A stretch of 64,000 nucleotides of DNA from assembly GCA_051294375.1 (NCBI GenBank), contig CM119264.1, positions 19,475,590 through 19,539,589 on the forward strand, given 5' to 3'. A program made the position numbers and the translations under genes. This DNA comes from Paraspadella gotoi. Lineage: Eukaryota > Animalia > Chaetognatha. This document shows positions 1 through 12,700 of this stretch, in pieces. Numbering within the stretch: the first letter of the stretch is position 1; every line of letters begins with the position of its first letter. The notes under the pieces were generated by a model. It ran no database searches, was not told the DNA's origin, and was given only the letters and a program-made list of their open reading frames with translations.

Positions 1-377
1 TCTCTTCTTATCTCGACGAAGGATGGAAGGAAAGCGTCATTCCAACGCAGCAGCCGAAACCCGAAAGCGAAATAACGAGCCGCTCGGAACCGACTTTGTG
101 TCGCTTCAATGACCCCACAGACCTTCCAGCCCGGCCGCGATTCCATTAAACTATTAGGCTGTACCAAAAAGCTACAATTTTTGCTAACGACTACATCAAG
201 AAAATTACATATATGTATGTTCCTGAAGACAAGATTTACATTGTGAGAAAAACTCACTGACTGACTGACATTGTTTTCATATATCTTTTATTAATAATAT
301 TATTCTTAACAGAGAAAAAAAAACTGTTGACATTTGGAACGCCTACCGAGACCCCCATTCCCCTCTTTCGATCTCAC

Positions 378-572
378 CTGATGACGTTGCCGCACTTGTA
401 AATGCCGGCGTCGTCATAGTCCACGTTCTTAATCTGCAGGACGTAATGATGCAGCCCCTGGCGCCAAAAGTTGAACTTTGACCTGTCGACGGTCCTGTCG
501 AAGGCGTCGTCGCCCAACGAGATGAACTTTTCGAAGAGGATCCCCGACAGCTTGATCCACACCGGAGGTCGC
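378..572 (-). CDS. Internal exon of an immunoglobulin-superfamily protein (C-F strands of an Ig domain)
   Basis: Bounded by ttccAG acceptor and GTGAG donor; translates RPPVWIKLSG...HYVLQIKNVDYDDAGIYKCGNVI with Ig hallmarks W(C strand), LxIxxVxxxDaGxYxC. Next exon is probably at 158 (tacAG, giving ..SLIV* with stop at 146-148) or at 150 (open to the window edge). Upstream exons are unresolved. Confidence 0.85.
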
Positions 573-1906
573 CTGGAAACGTTTGAGAGGGGATGGAACG
601 ATCAGTGTGGAAAGAGTCAGGTTTTGTCCGATGGGCTGTGGCAATGTGGTATGAAGGTATGTATCGATATTTGGCTCGGTTTTTTTAGTAAATCCAGATA
701 CCACAACCATACGACAGGTCTTCGCAAACTACTATTTTGTTGCATAATAACTTTTTCTCTTTTCAGTATAAGTTTCAGTTTATAACTGGAATTGACTTGG
801 ATGACGAATTGCGTCGAAATGGCGAAGGCGATGGGCTGATGGGGAGACCCAAGGCGTTGGGTTTAAAGAGTATAAAGAAAGAATAATAAATGAGGTTAAA
901 AGGTGATGAAATGGGGGATAAAAGGAAGATATATAACTTTAAGGAAGTAGAGCGCTAAAAAAATTAGGAGAAAAAAAGAATCGTATGATAAAGAAAGGAG
1001 GAAAAAAGAAAAATGACAAAGTGAGGGGAATGAGTTAATTGGTAGAATTATCACAGAGTAAAGTGAATTATAAATTGTAAACTAATGAACACCCACCATT
1101 CGATGAAAAATCGATGCGATATCGTCTTCAACTCTTCAGCAGAATTTTACAAAAACAGACGGTCTCTCAATGCAACGTGAACATCAACATTTTTTTTTCG
1201 TTTTGATTTTTATTTGTATTTACTATTTTTTGAAATTTTTTTAAACATACTTATGTTTTCCTTAGGTCTTCACGCTTCACGTTAAAAAAGTAATTTCTCT
1301 TTTAGTTTCGCGTCGACGACTTTATTTCATAATGAGAAAACATTATCGCGTCTTATATTACTCTCCATTTTTGCAGTATAAGAGTTTGATACGAGATTGA
1401 TTGAGAATAATGACGAAAATCCCAGAAAAAAAGATCAAGTTGAAAGAAAATCTTCGCGTTTTTTCGTCGTCTTTTCTCTTTTTTTTTCCACCTCCCTTTT
1501 TTCCTTTCTCAAAGTTTCAAGAAAAAGAATCAGATATTATCTTTTGAGAAAAAGATATTTTCACGACCTAAATTTTTTAAAATATTGTTTACGAAGCATG
1601 AATTTAAAGACGAATAAACTTCTCTAACTCCATATTACAATTTTTCATTGACTCTCTCTTTCCTCAACCCTGACGCCTAATTCCTTTTCGCTCTCCTGGC
1701 GGCCGTTTTTGCAGTCTGTTAGATTTCCCACCAGATTTGGTTTTAACCAGTGGTTTTACCATGAGACTTGTTCCGAGCGTTCCAAATGTTGACCTTTCTC
1801 TCTTTCTTTTCATTTTCATCTTAAGGTTAAACGTGATTTTTGATCGTTCTTCATTTTGTTTCTCTTCTGTCTTCAACTAGTTTCTCTCACTCCAAATCTC
1901 TCTCCT

Positions 1907-1951
<45 letters not shown>

Positions 1952-3069
1952 CTCTTCTCTCTCTCTCTCTCTCTCTGTACTACTTTCGTATACCTCTTTT
2001 TACTAATTTGTTTCTGTCTCCATATGTTTTTCCCTTTCTTTTTTCCCTGATTAGAGTCATTTATCAGAAAGGATTTTGCGAAAAGCCAAAAAAGGGAGTT
2101 TTTTTTGTTCGGGGGAGAGGAGCGAGACTTTACTCAACTAAAAGCACGATCTCTCTCTTTGCATAACCCAAACATAGAGAATCCGGGCGTATTTTCGTCT
2201 TCCTCGTCCTCGGAAGAAGATGGAGAAGACGACCTTAGTAAAGACAAAGACGACGCTGACTCAGACGACGATGAAGACAGTCAAGAAGGGAAGATGCCAC
2301 GGTATGCGACAGTTACAGAAAAACAGCTAAAATGACCCTAATTAAAATGAGGTCAATGGTAATAAACAATAATAAACAATAGACAAACAATAAACAAACA
2401 ATAAACAGTAAATGTTGGACTCAAATTCTTGAATGATCAACAATAAACGGTGGCAAAGGCAAGGGAAGTCCTGAAAAAAAAAAACGAAGGAATTCAAAAA
2501 ACTGTTTTTCCGTCGTCGTAAAACCAGAATCAATGCGTTGTGGTTACTAATCCGAGCTCTGCGAAACCAAAGGTTGTCTTTGGTTTCTTATGGGAACAAA
2601 TATTTGCGGTTTCGTATCTTCTAATGGAAAAATTTCTATGGTATGGAAGCCTTTTTTATCTGTGGCTAAAAATTCCATCTCACCCTGATTAAAAAAATTA
2701 ATCTAAGATATAAAAAATCTTTTGAATCAATTTTGTAGCAATTTTTCGTAGAAATAACATGCATGAAAAAAGAATGGCATGTTTAAATGTCTGTTACTCT
2801 AACGACTACTATGTATGATAAATCAGCAATTTACATCGGCAATTGAATAGAATTGTTGTCATCTATTAAAAGCTAGTGAAAGACTTGGAAAAAAGTTTTT
2901 TATATTTTTTTTTTAGAATAACGGGATTTTCAATTTAAAATTCCTTGCAATGCGTTGTTCTTTTTTCTGCAAGTTTTTTTTCGATTCTCATGGATGACTT
3001 GATCGACGCGAGATTTCCTTCTCCTTTGGCGCGTCGACAGAAACGAATCGTCGCCAGGGGAACGAGTGT

Positions 3070-3136
<67 letters not shown>

Positions 3137-4438
3137 CTTTTCCTAACGTTAATTTTTAACGAAACGGAATACTCTCTCGTACTCGATTTAAGGATTTTTC
3201 CTTTTTTCCTTTTTTTGCTTTTTTTCCTGGAGAATCATCAGAGTTGACTCTTTCGCTAACACTTTTTTATTTAATATAATTTTTAATGTACTATGTTATT
3301 TATATAGTATAATGGTTTGGAAAACAAGTAATAAAATTATATTTTATGTTGAAATATTATCAAAACTAGGTACTTAAACATGGGGATGAAAATAAAATTT
3401 ACCTCTTTTATTCAACTCCTTGTTTGGTTTGGGATCAAAGCCAAACTTGTAGTTGGGAATTTCTCGGATTTGGTTTTCTCGGTTCGCTCGTTGTTTCCCG
3501 TTTAAATGAAACCAAATTTTTTTTTGGAACGTATTCAGATGGGAAGGAAATAAACAGCTCCCCCGCCAAAATATTCACGACAGGATTTCGTCTTCACCGT
3601 GAATTCCTTTTCGTGTGAATTCGGACCGGAAGAAGCGACAGAAGGCGACGCCAACACAGCGCAGCTTTAAACCTTTTAAAAGCAACTACACAGCGAAAAA
3701 TCAGAAAGCTGCAGCGGATTAACTTTAGGATTCATCTCTACGCTTATTTAAAAAAGGAAATTTAGAGTAGGTAACGTTTACTGCGAACACAGAACAACTC
3801 TTTGGCATCCCAACTTTCAGTGGGGCCCGGATTCCCGTCGGCGGCGGCGGCGGCAGCGATGGCGGCGCCAGTCGCGGCGGAGATGGCGACGGCGGTTGCG
3901 GCGGCGGACAGGATGAAATTTTATGCGAGGAGATTGGAAAAAAATTTTAGGAGGTCATAACGTAAACAGATTCTCCGCCATAACGCGGGTTTCCTGCGGC
4001 ATCGGACGAACTCGAAAGGAAGAAGGTGAATGAAAGGAGGAAAGGAAAGGAGAAGCGATGTAACAGTGGAGACTGGAGCAATTCGGACTGGAGCAATTCG
4101 GATCCATTTCGCTTTCCTTTTTTTACTTTTTTTTTTGTCTACTCCATAATTTTGGTTCATGAAGAAGCTTAATTTGAGAAAATAAATATTTAAAGATTTG
4201 CTCCCTTTATGTTTTTTTATTGGATTAGCTCGTGGTAAATTCATATGCTAAAGGTTTCCAATTTATGTTTTATGGCGATTCTACAGAGGAATATTTTTTT
4301 CGTTAATGAAGCAACGGGAGGGAATAGGGAAAATAGGATGGAAAGTAAATTAAGGGTAAGTGGAAGATAATAAATGGTAGTTTAAGGGAAGGTTAGTGCA
4401 TGCAAGTTAGGTCACTCGAAGTCGTGAAAAAGCTCTCT

Positions 4439-4523
<85 letters not shown>

Positions 4524-4692
4524 CTCTCCTTTCTCTCTCTCCACAAGTTTCCTCTGACGCGCGTTTTTGAAATGTTTTGGAAAACCATGTGATTTCATTT
4601 CTTCAAATTCAATTCCGACCTCCGCCACCCATGGTTATTAATTTAAGAAACATATAAGGGAGAGGGAGTACGAGGGGGAGAGCGAGAGCGAG

Positions 4693-4741
<49 letters not shown>

Positions 4742-5232
4742 AAGAAAGAGAGAGATGGAGAGAGAGCAAAACAATTTAAAATGCAAGACGTATTGCAAAT
4801 TAATATCGCTTTGTCTCTAAACTCTACGGCGTGGAAATTCCCTCGCTGCCAGGAATGACAATCCCAACGCATTGGCATTAAATTTCTCGGAATTGCTCGT
4901 CACGGTGGAATTCGAAGAGACAGGCGGAGAGGAAAAACGATGACCTTAATCCAATTTGCATCGAATTCCAGAAACTTTTGGGGGAAAGAAAAACTGGGAG
5001 AAAAACGCTCGGTTTGCGACGGATTGAGGACGGCGGAAAAAAAAGGAATAAATTTTGAGGGAAAACAATTTTTATTCTGGTTGTCTTTGGTTTCGTCACC
5101 GGCGGTTTTTGTGAAACGTTTTCTCGATTCACTCAACGGTATATCTTAAAAATTGTGAAATTTTATTTGAAATTTTTATATTTCTTAAATAGTTTTTTTT
5201 TAATTTTATTTTGTCTTTATTATAAACAAGAC

Positions 5233-5361
5233 TGAGAGAGTTTATATTGATATTGATATTGTAGAAGTGATGGAGGCCTTAAACCACCAAAGCCTGTCCA
5301 AAGTCAGATAGCTTATTTATTAAATGAATGGATAATTGTTATATTGGTTATACCAATTTCA
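5233..5361 (+). mobile_element. Family E short LTR-like repeat (TG...CA), solo copy
   Basis: Shares gtgatggaggccttaaaccaccaaagcctgtccaaagtcag...taccaatttca with copies at 36686, 37016, 38824 and 56755; starts TGAGAGAG, ends TTTCA, with ATTAAA ~40 nt before the end. Strand inferred. Confidence 0.55.
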
Positions 5362-5595
5362 TAAATTAATAAATTCAACGCTAATGAAAAATTATTTTGT
5401 TTTGTTTTTCATTGTTTTTTAAAAAGTGGATTTCAAAAAACTCATATTTTATCAGATTCTCGTGTCAAGAAGCTGAAAACATCAAGGATTTAGTTTTTAA
5501 TTAGTATTTCCATCTTTTTATAGATTTTTATAGAGAGAGGTGACAATCGTAATGAAAATTCAAAAAAATGTTTCCTGGATCTCTTTTCATTATTG

Positions 5596-6173
5596 TGAAG
5601 AGACAGTAATTATTGTTATATGTTAGTGATAGAACCGTTCAATATAAGCAGTCCCTGAGCTTCGGTTAAGCGCCCCGTCCCTCTTAACTGCTAAGCGACC
5701 ACCGGGCTAGAACCCCAGATCTTTGGGTTGGGAGGCGAATGATTTGCCTCCGGCACCAATGGCCGCTGATGAATGGTTGGTAGATTTTAGTCCACCATAC
5801 ATCCCCCCTGCCGTAGGGAGAAGTCTTTTACGTCTCTTCAGTGAATTGTTGTTTGTTGGTGGAAAGTTCGTCACCATGTTGAAGCATGTCGCCTGAAAGT
5901 GTCGTTGTTGCTGTTGTGTTCGGAAGTCGGGCTCACCAATGAAGAGACAGTAATTATTGTTATATGTTAGTGACAGAACCGTTCCATATAAGCAGTCCCT
6001 GAACTTCGGATCAGGCTGTAACACCATGTTACAGGCAGGTTAAGCGCCCCGTCCCTCTTAACTGCTAGGCGACCACCGGGCTAGAACCCCGGACATTTGG
6101 GTTGGGAGGCGAATGACTTGCCTCTGGCACCAATGGCCGCTGATGAACGGTTGGTGGATTTTAGTCCACCATA
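5596..6173 (-). mobile_element. Family A TRIM (miniature non-autonomous LTR retrotransposon) with tRNA-like module in the LTRs, full-length copy A1
   Basis: Direct repeats 5596-5801 (30-bp internal deletion) and 5940-6173 (outer two bases missing). On the minus strand: LTR..CA-T-TGGTGAGCCCGAC (PBS, 5926-5938), internal region, GGGGGGA (PPT, 5802-5808), TGTATGG. Flanked by ATTG (5592-5595, 6174-6177), a candidate 4-bp TSD. No retrotransposon coding sequence. Confidence 0.85.
6068..6140 (-). ncRNA. tRNA-derived module inside the family A LTR (not a functional tRNA)
   Basis: 73 nt: acceptor stem GCGGCCA/TGGTCGC, degenerate box A (TGGTGCC.GAGG), anticodon-like loop CT-CCC-AA, box-B-like GGTTCTAGCCC in a CCGGG/CCCGG stem. 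The anticodon stem is unpaired. Equivalent modules at 5694-5766, 48267-48339 and in the 21888-22545 copy. Confidence 0.7.
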
Positions 6174-6336
6174 ATTGCTTATTTTAAAAAAGAACTAAAA
6201 AATTGAAAACTGACTGTTTGTAAAAAAAATATGATATGTAGAGAATAAAATCTGAAGCATCAGGGTTGAGCCCTAGTTCCTAGTTATGAAATTGCTTTAG
6301 TTTTTTTTTCAGCATTTTTTTTTTATGCGGGCATTT

Positions 6337-6472
<136 letters not shown>

Positions 6473-7217
6473 GCTCTCAAAATTTGATTTTTCAATTTTC
6501 CCCTAATTTAATTTAATTTTTATTTTGTCCAACTCTTGGAAATAAAAAAAAAAAATCCTCGCTTCAAGGTTAATTTTTTTCATTTTTTCCGATATATCTG
6601 TTTATCGATAGACTCGGGTTGTGAGAAAAGGAGGGAAGACGAGTAAATAAAAGGGGGATGAGAGGAAGAGAAATGAGAGAAAGAAGAAGTCACGGATGAA
6701 AGAAGAGAGGAAAGATAGAGAGCAGAGAGAGGAAAGAGAAACGGGTTATGAATACAGACTCGCGCTCGGCAAAAGGTTGTTGAGCATGACAAATAAAAAA
6801 AAGAAAAAGACACGACACGAACTGGGATGAGGGTGCATTCTCTCGTTGTTTGTCGTAAGTTGCCTGTACATAATACGGAGTTAAAGCAGGAAATCTGGTT
6901 TTTTGACTGCTCTGGAATTCGGACTTGTCAACTCGTTCTTTTCACTTCAGACCCGGGCTTCCAAAACTGGATTCAGCCTCAGAGTAACACGAGCCATGAA
7001 ATCGCGCGAGGGCTTTTTTGAAAGGAAGAAATGGGACGAGATTTGGTAAGAAAGAGAAAAAGAAAGAAAAAGAGCGAGAGGGAGGAATTAGGAATGCAAG
7101 GGGAGAGGGAATGACTAGGAGAGAAACGGGAATGAGATGGGAGGAGGAAGAGACGGGGGGGGGGGCAGAAAAAAGAAGAGGGAAAGAAGAAAAAGGGAAG
7201 AGAAATATAGGGAAAGG

Positions 7218-7300
<83 letters not shown>

Positions 7301-7594
7301 TGTGGATAAATGTAGCGAGGGAATTGTGAACGGAATGCCGCGTTTATTCACGAAATGGCTTCGCGTGCGACTACCATGAATTTTCCCTCGTCCCCCCACA
7401 TTCCCACCCTTACAAAAATTACAAAATTTATAGAAAATTCGATATGACATATCCTTATTATGTGGAAAATTCATTGAAAGTTATGACATGGTAAAAATAA
7501 TTTTAAAATACCTGAGCCAGTATTTTCCTAATCACTCTGTCACCTCAAGTCGTAAATAAATTAAGAGCTGCGAAACTTGCGGAGGAAAAGAAAA

Positions 7595-8135
7595 ATACGA
7601 GTCAGAACTAAAAGTGAAGAACGAACAACATTATACTAATGAACATTTATGTATAAAAAAATTTATAATAAATTTTACAATTTACGCAGTAGGCCATATT
7701 TATACTAGTACTAATCCAATAAATGAAAAAATTTCAAAATAGTTTTTTATAAGATTTTTTTGCAGATTTGGATTCGTCATGAAAAGTTGATATAAAGAAA
7801 TATAACTCTTTTTTAAAAAATATTTCATTAAGTTGATCATTAAGCTGAAAACTAAAATTTTATTTATTAAATATAGTTTTTTAATTTTTAACCCACTTAA
7901 TGAAATAATTTTTAAAAATGATTTATATTTTCTTTTATCAACTTTTGACGAGAAATTCAAATCTGCAATTAATATTAGAAAAGCCTATTTTGAAATTTTT
8001 TGATTTTATAAGGATAGTACTAGATATAAATATAGCCTACTGCAAAAATTGAAGAACATAAAATTAATTTTTTTTACAAATTAATGTTCACTGATGGTAT
8101 GTTGTTCATAATTGACATTTAGAATTTTCGTATGT
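7595..8135. mobile_element. ~540-bp imperfect palindrome (foldback/MITE-like element)
   Basis: Arms align as reverse complements along their length, e.g. gcagtaggccatatttatactagtactaatcc (7686) vs ggatagtactagatataaatatagcctactgc (8012-8043) and tgcagatttg..aaaagttgata vs tatcaactttt..caaatctgca; centre ~7862. Confidence 0.8.
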
Positions 8136-8403
8136 AACTTTCACTACGCTCTGACAGAACTGGAAAGAAATTTGAAAAAAAAATATGACTTGAATGGAAA
8201 CGCCCGTCACTACTTCCGAATCAAAGTCAGATTAAAAAAAATGAATCGGGAAGTTTGTGAAGCAAATTTCGTTCGCTTTTTGTGACCAAACTTTTAACTT
8301 GTCCTTCATACGAAATCCGGTTGTCTTCGATTCGAGGCAGTCTTTTTCTATCTTTCTCGCTCCCGCTCTCTCTCTCTCTGTCTCTGTCTCTCTCTCTTTT
8401 TTA

Positions 8404-8405
8404 TT

Positions 8406-8493
<88 letters not shown>

Positions 8494-8500
8494 TTTTTCT
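8404..8500. repeat. (TTTC)n microsatellite
   Basis: Tetranucleotide run; similar tract at 35323-35474. Confidence 0.95.
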
Positions 8501-9002
8501 TTCTTTCTCTCTTTTCATACCATTGGCGTTCAATGTTTTCCAGCAGAAAGGGAAGAAGAAAAAAAAGAGAGAGAAAGAAAAAAATAAAAAAGAAAGAAGC
8601 CTTTTATTTTCGACTTTTTTTCTGCTTCAAAGAAAACTGGCGCGGTTTTGCGCCGTTGGCTGCCAACGTCGGTGCTATCTTCCTTGGCTACTTTCTATCC
8701 CTTCCTTTCATCCTTTCCTTTTAACATATCTTGTTTTAATTTTTCCTTCTTTTTTCTATCTTTTTTTTTTTACCACTTTTTTAATTTTCTTTCTTTGCAT
8801 TTTGTATTTTGCATTTTTTCATTTTTGCATTATTCCTATATTTCCAATTTTGATTCTGTATTATCTTCTTTTTCTTTTCCTCCATCTTTCCTTTTTCTTG
8901 ATTTTCTTCATTCTTTCATTTGTTTTGTTTTTCATTAGTTACCCCATTTCAACCTGTTTTTCCTTCCCTTCCTACCTTCTATACTTATTTCTCTCCTATC
9001 TT

Positions 9003-9426
9003 TCTTTGGCTGTCTGTACAGTACAAGCGGAGCAACTCTATAGGTCACTTTTCGGTGAGTCTGTCGGTAGGTCGCTCGGTCGTTCCGTCGGTCCATCGGT
9101 CGGTCGCTATGTCTGTCTGTTGTTCTGTCCCACTTACATTAAAAATGCATATAATTTGCTTATAGTTGGTTGCTCATTTGTTACGACAGAAAAAACTTCA
9201 AATCTAAGGGACTGCTAGCGCTGCCCTCAGAAAATCCTAAAAATAGAAGGAATAAAAGATGGAATTTTGATTCAATGCATGTCATAAATACATTTTACAC
9301 ATGCTAAGAAGTTTTTGCAGTCATGTATTCATGTCATGTCATGTCACGTCATGTCATGTCACGAAAAATATATATGATAAGGCAGTCACTTCGGCGCAAC
9401 ACATTTGAATTACCGTCCTTGTTTTT
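9003..9426 (+). mobile_element. Family F HINE/DINE-1-like non-autonomous Helentron element
   Basis: gcggagcaactctataggtcacttttcgg followed by a GTCG/GTCY microsatellite, internal (CATGT)n, end cttgtttt; homologous over its length to 29632-29992, with a reverse 5' fragment at ~39100-39150. Confidence 0.7.
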
Positions 9427-9643
9427 CATCTGGATCTATCGTTTTTTTATTTCTTCCTTTCCACCGCGAGTCCGTTTCTTCCAGTTTTATTATCGTAACA
9501 AAAATCAAAGAAGAATTACAAAGCGCCGGATTCGGAGGAAAAAAAGCAACCGAACATTTTAAAGACTGTATAAATAAAGTGTACATGAATCTTAAATAAA
9601 AAATCAGAATCCAAATGTAATAAAATTATACGCTGCTCAAAGA

Positions 9644-9732
<89 letters not shown>

Positions 9733-12700
9733 AAAGAGAGGGAAAAAAATATAAAAAAATAAAGAGAAAGGTTGTGAAGCCGAGAAAAACGGGGGAATCC
9801 CCTTGACAAATGGACTCGGGAGTCGAGGAAATTCTAAACCCTGGCGGGATTTTATTCGTATTATGTTGCCATTTACATTCAAATCTGAGCCCGGGGGGTA
9901 AAGGGGTGGAGATAAACTGAGGTTGTTGCTAAGACATCGTCCGATTTATCGCCGTCGTTTCGTCGTGGTAGACGGCTACGGCAGCGAGTGAATTCGTACC
10001 ACCCAGCCTCGAGCACGTTCCTTGAAAGTGCTTCTAATTAACACCATCATCATCATTATCATATAAATACTAGGCAAACGCTTTACTGACATTGTTATTT
10101 TTGTCGTCGTCGTCGTTGTCATCACCGTCGTCATAGCCTTCTTCGTCTTCGTCATTGTTATAAGCGTCTATTTCATTAGTAAAAAAATATGTAAAAACGA
10201 AATTTAATTATGTTGCCCCACAACGCTCATTTCCTGATGTGAAACGCATACACAAACAGCTTTTAATGATGCCTGACCTCTCGTCAAAATATTAATAATA
10301 TTTACTAAGTACTACATATGATAGTTACGTCACGTTGACTTCGGGTCATGTGTTCGCATTTTCACGTGATGGCATGAGTATGAAACACGGGCACGTTGAG
10401 CAATGAGCATCTCATGGCACACATCATTTCAATCAAGCTCTTCACCAATCCAAAATCACTATCAGGACTCTTCTATCCAAACAGGCTATTGTCTCAAACC
10501 CTAATGACCCCGCAATTGAGTATCTCAACCCTAATCACCTGGGAGAGAAGCAGTTGAAGGCGACGTCTGTTCCTCTCGGGGCCAAACTTTGCCTTTTTTC
10601 GATTCCGACGACGACGACGAAGAAGAAAACCTTGGAAAGAAAAACGAAGAGAAAAAACGAAACTCAATAGAGTGACTTCGGCACAAAACGTCGTCAGACA
10701 AAAAATATTTACTGTGAAACTTAACCATTGAAAAAAATAAGAAGGTAGACGATTGTATTTGTAATTTGTAATTTCTGGCGCCGGAAAAAAAAATAATCAC
10801 TACTAAATTTAAAACTGTAATAAAAACATGAAATCTTTTCAAAATATTTGAAGCATTTTTTATTCAATATTAGGTCCATAACAAATACTAGTAAGTCTCG
10901 TTCCTCGCCTCGATCTCCGAAAGTAAAAAGGATCGTTTTTCCTCAATCCACGATCTATCATTAAGCTAAAAAACATCTCCGGTTCTTTCTTTCCTCTTTG
11001 TTTTTCTCCGCCGCTCAGAAATCCCGATCCCTCAGCTCCGTTTCTTGGCTTCGAATTAATTTTTCCTAATGAAAGAGAAAGAGAGAGAAAAAATGAAAAT
11101 AAAAGCGCGACCGAACGTTTTAATAAAACAGCGAACCCGAACAAAAAAAAAAATTCCAAACAATAGGAAAATCCCCTCCTCTCTTTGCCCCTTCTAAAAC
11201 TTTTTAAAGAAAGAAAAAAGAGAAAATGGTTGGCGTTTCTCTCTCGTCTTAGGCCTCTATTCTCAAATCCCCTCCCATTGACGCTTTTCAGTTTAAGTCC
11301 CACCCAAATCCCGTTTCCCTTTTTTTTTTTATTTTTGTCAAGGAGGAAAGAAAGAAAAAGTGTTTTGAAGCATTTTTTCCCGCGATTTCTCTGCCGTCGC
11401 CTTGCGATGTTAAAGCGTTACTGAAAATGTTATCTTGGCATATTTTTTTATTCGAAGGGTAAAATTCTTTTGTTATGACCTAAAACTTTCATCTTTTTTT
11501 TTGTATACAGCATGCCCTCCGACAAGCGACGAGCCGCTTTGGGGTTTAAAGACCGCTGTTATGTGCACTTACTTGGAAGAATGTTATTGGATGTGACGAC
11601 ATCGCATCACTAAAACTAGGAGGGGTTACCAAGGGACCAACAAATAAAATTATAAAGCTGAAATTTGCCTCAGACGGTATACTTAAAAAATATAATTGTT
11701 TTAATTTATGATCATCTGTCTTCAAAAAGGACCCAAAGTTATTTTCAAAAAAGGACCCATTTTGAACTATCAGTCATACTTTTTAAATGAATCAGCCAGC
11801 GGCAAACCATAATCCTTTGGGTTAGGAACTGACATGCTTCTTCCAGTATAGAAATTGTAGCTAATGCTTCCATAAGTGAAGATATTAGTGGAAGTAGCCT
11901 TAATATTAAAAAAAGAATTTAATAAAAAAAATTAATATGTATATTAAAATTATAAATTATTAAATTATTAATATATATTAATTTATATTAATTAAAATTA
12001 ATATAAACAAGTTCGAATAAAAAGAAATTACTGCCATCAATAGATAGCCAATTGTCTGTTTAGAATAAAAGTCCTAAATTGTCAAACATAACTATATTCT
12101 AAAAATACCCTTTTGTAAGATTTTTATTAAAAAAATGCAAGACATCCATTTTTAAAGTCTTCATTTCATGAAGAATTCACTTTTTTTTATCAAGTATAAA
12201 GTATCAAGTCTAACGTATACAGTTCATAACGCTTTCCTTCATGTATCATTATTGCCATTAAAGATATGAAAAAAATTACCATAATTTTTCAGTTTTTCTG
12301 CATTTTTTTAAAGGTTGGCAGCATTTCCTGTAATTTTTTTATAATGAGGATTATTATGAAAAATATGGTCATGAATAAGGAGCATTTTCTATCCTACTCG
12401 CTACTACTAAGCTAGATCACAAACTTTAAATTTTATGTTCTGGGTAAGCTTGGTCCAATGTTTCAGTATTAAGCTTTACAAACCTTATTGCACTAGTACT
12501 ATATATACTGGGTAAAAGGTAGTTTGCATATTTCATAAAATTTATTCTTTTTCGGTTGAAATAATATAATTTTCAATCAAGTAGTTTAAAATTATGTTCA
12601 GTATGTATCCCTATCAGAACATACTATTCTACATGGTAGTCTTATCCATATTATTAAAAAAAATCATATATAATTTTGGTCCCCCCTCAAAAAAAATTAT

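Noticed and set aside
2105-2335. Acidic ORF as a gene
   Set aside because: Low-complexity GAC/GAA sequence, no upstream ATG or consistent splice chain.
3921-3923. Stop-codon reassignment suggested by in-frame TAA/TGA near the Ig gene
   Set aside because: The 23 exons of the two well-built genes read through without internal stops under the standard code.
5707-6027. 106-aa ORF and the MGWEANDLPP ORFs (22045, 48296) in family A
   Set aside because: Non-coding LTR sequence; frames are not conserved between copies.
6040-6095. Twister-like CCGG-GGTTCTAGC-CCGG...GAGGG on the minus strand; also tested HDV, pistol and hairpin ribozyme cores
   Set aside because: AAGC loop and P2 pairing are absent; the segment is better explained as the tRNA T-arm/box B. 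The other cores could not be completed.
6068-6140. Functional tRNA-Gly(CCC) gene (and tRNA-Leu(CAA) at 58106-58177)
   Set aside because: Anticodon stems unpaired, T-loop register shifted, embedded in dispersed repeats.
6140-6175. CTGATGA motifs (also 5766, 20659, 22509, 48339, 48591) as hammerhead ribozyme/retrozyme
   Set aside because: No stem II followed by GAAA and no stem I/III closure; in family A the motif is on the antisense strand.
8257-9218. Long F/L/S-rich and ER-repeat ORFs here and across the window
   Set aside because: Translations of microsatellites and T-rich DNA.
10395-10560. Penelope GIY-YIG remnant (HFNQALH motif)
   Set aside because: Only a few residues match; no GIY/YIG or downstream E..I..L...G.N motifs.
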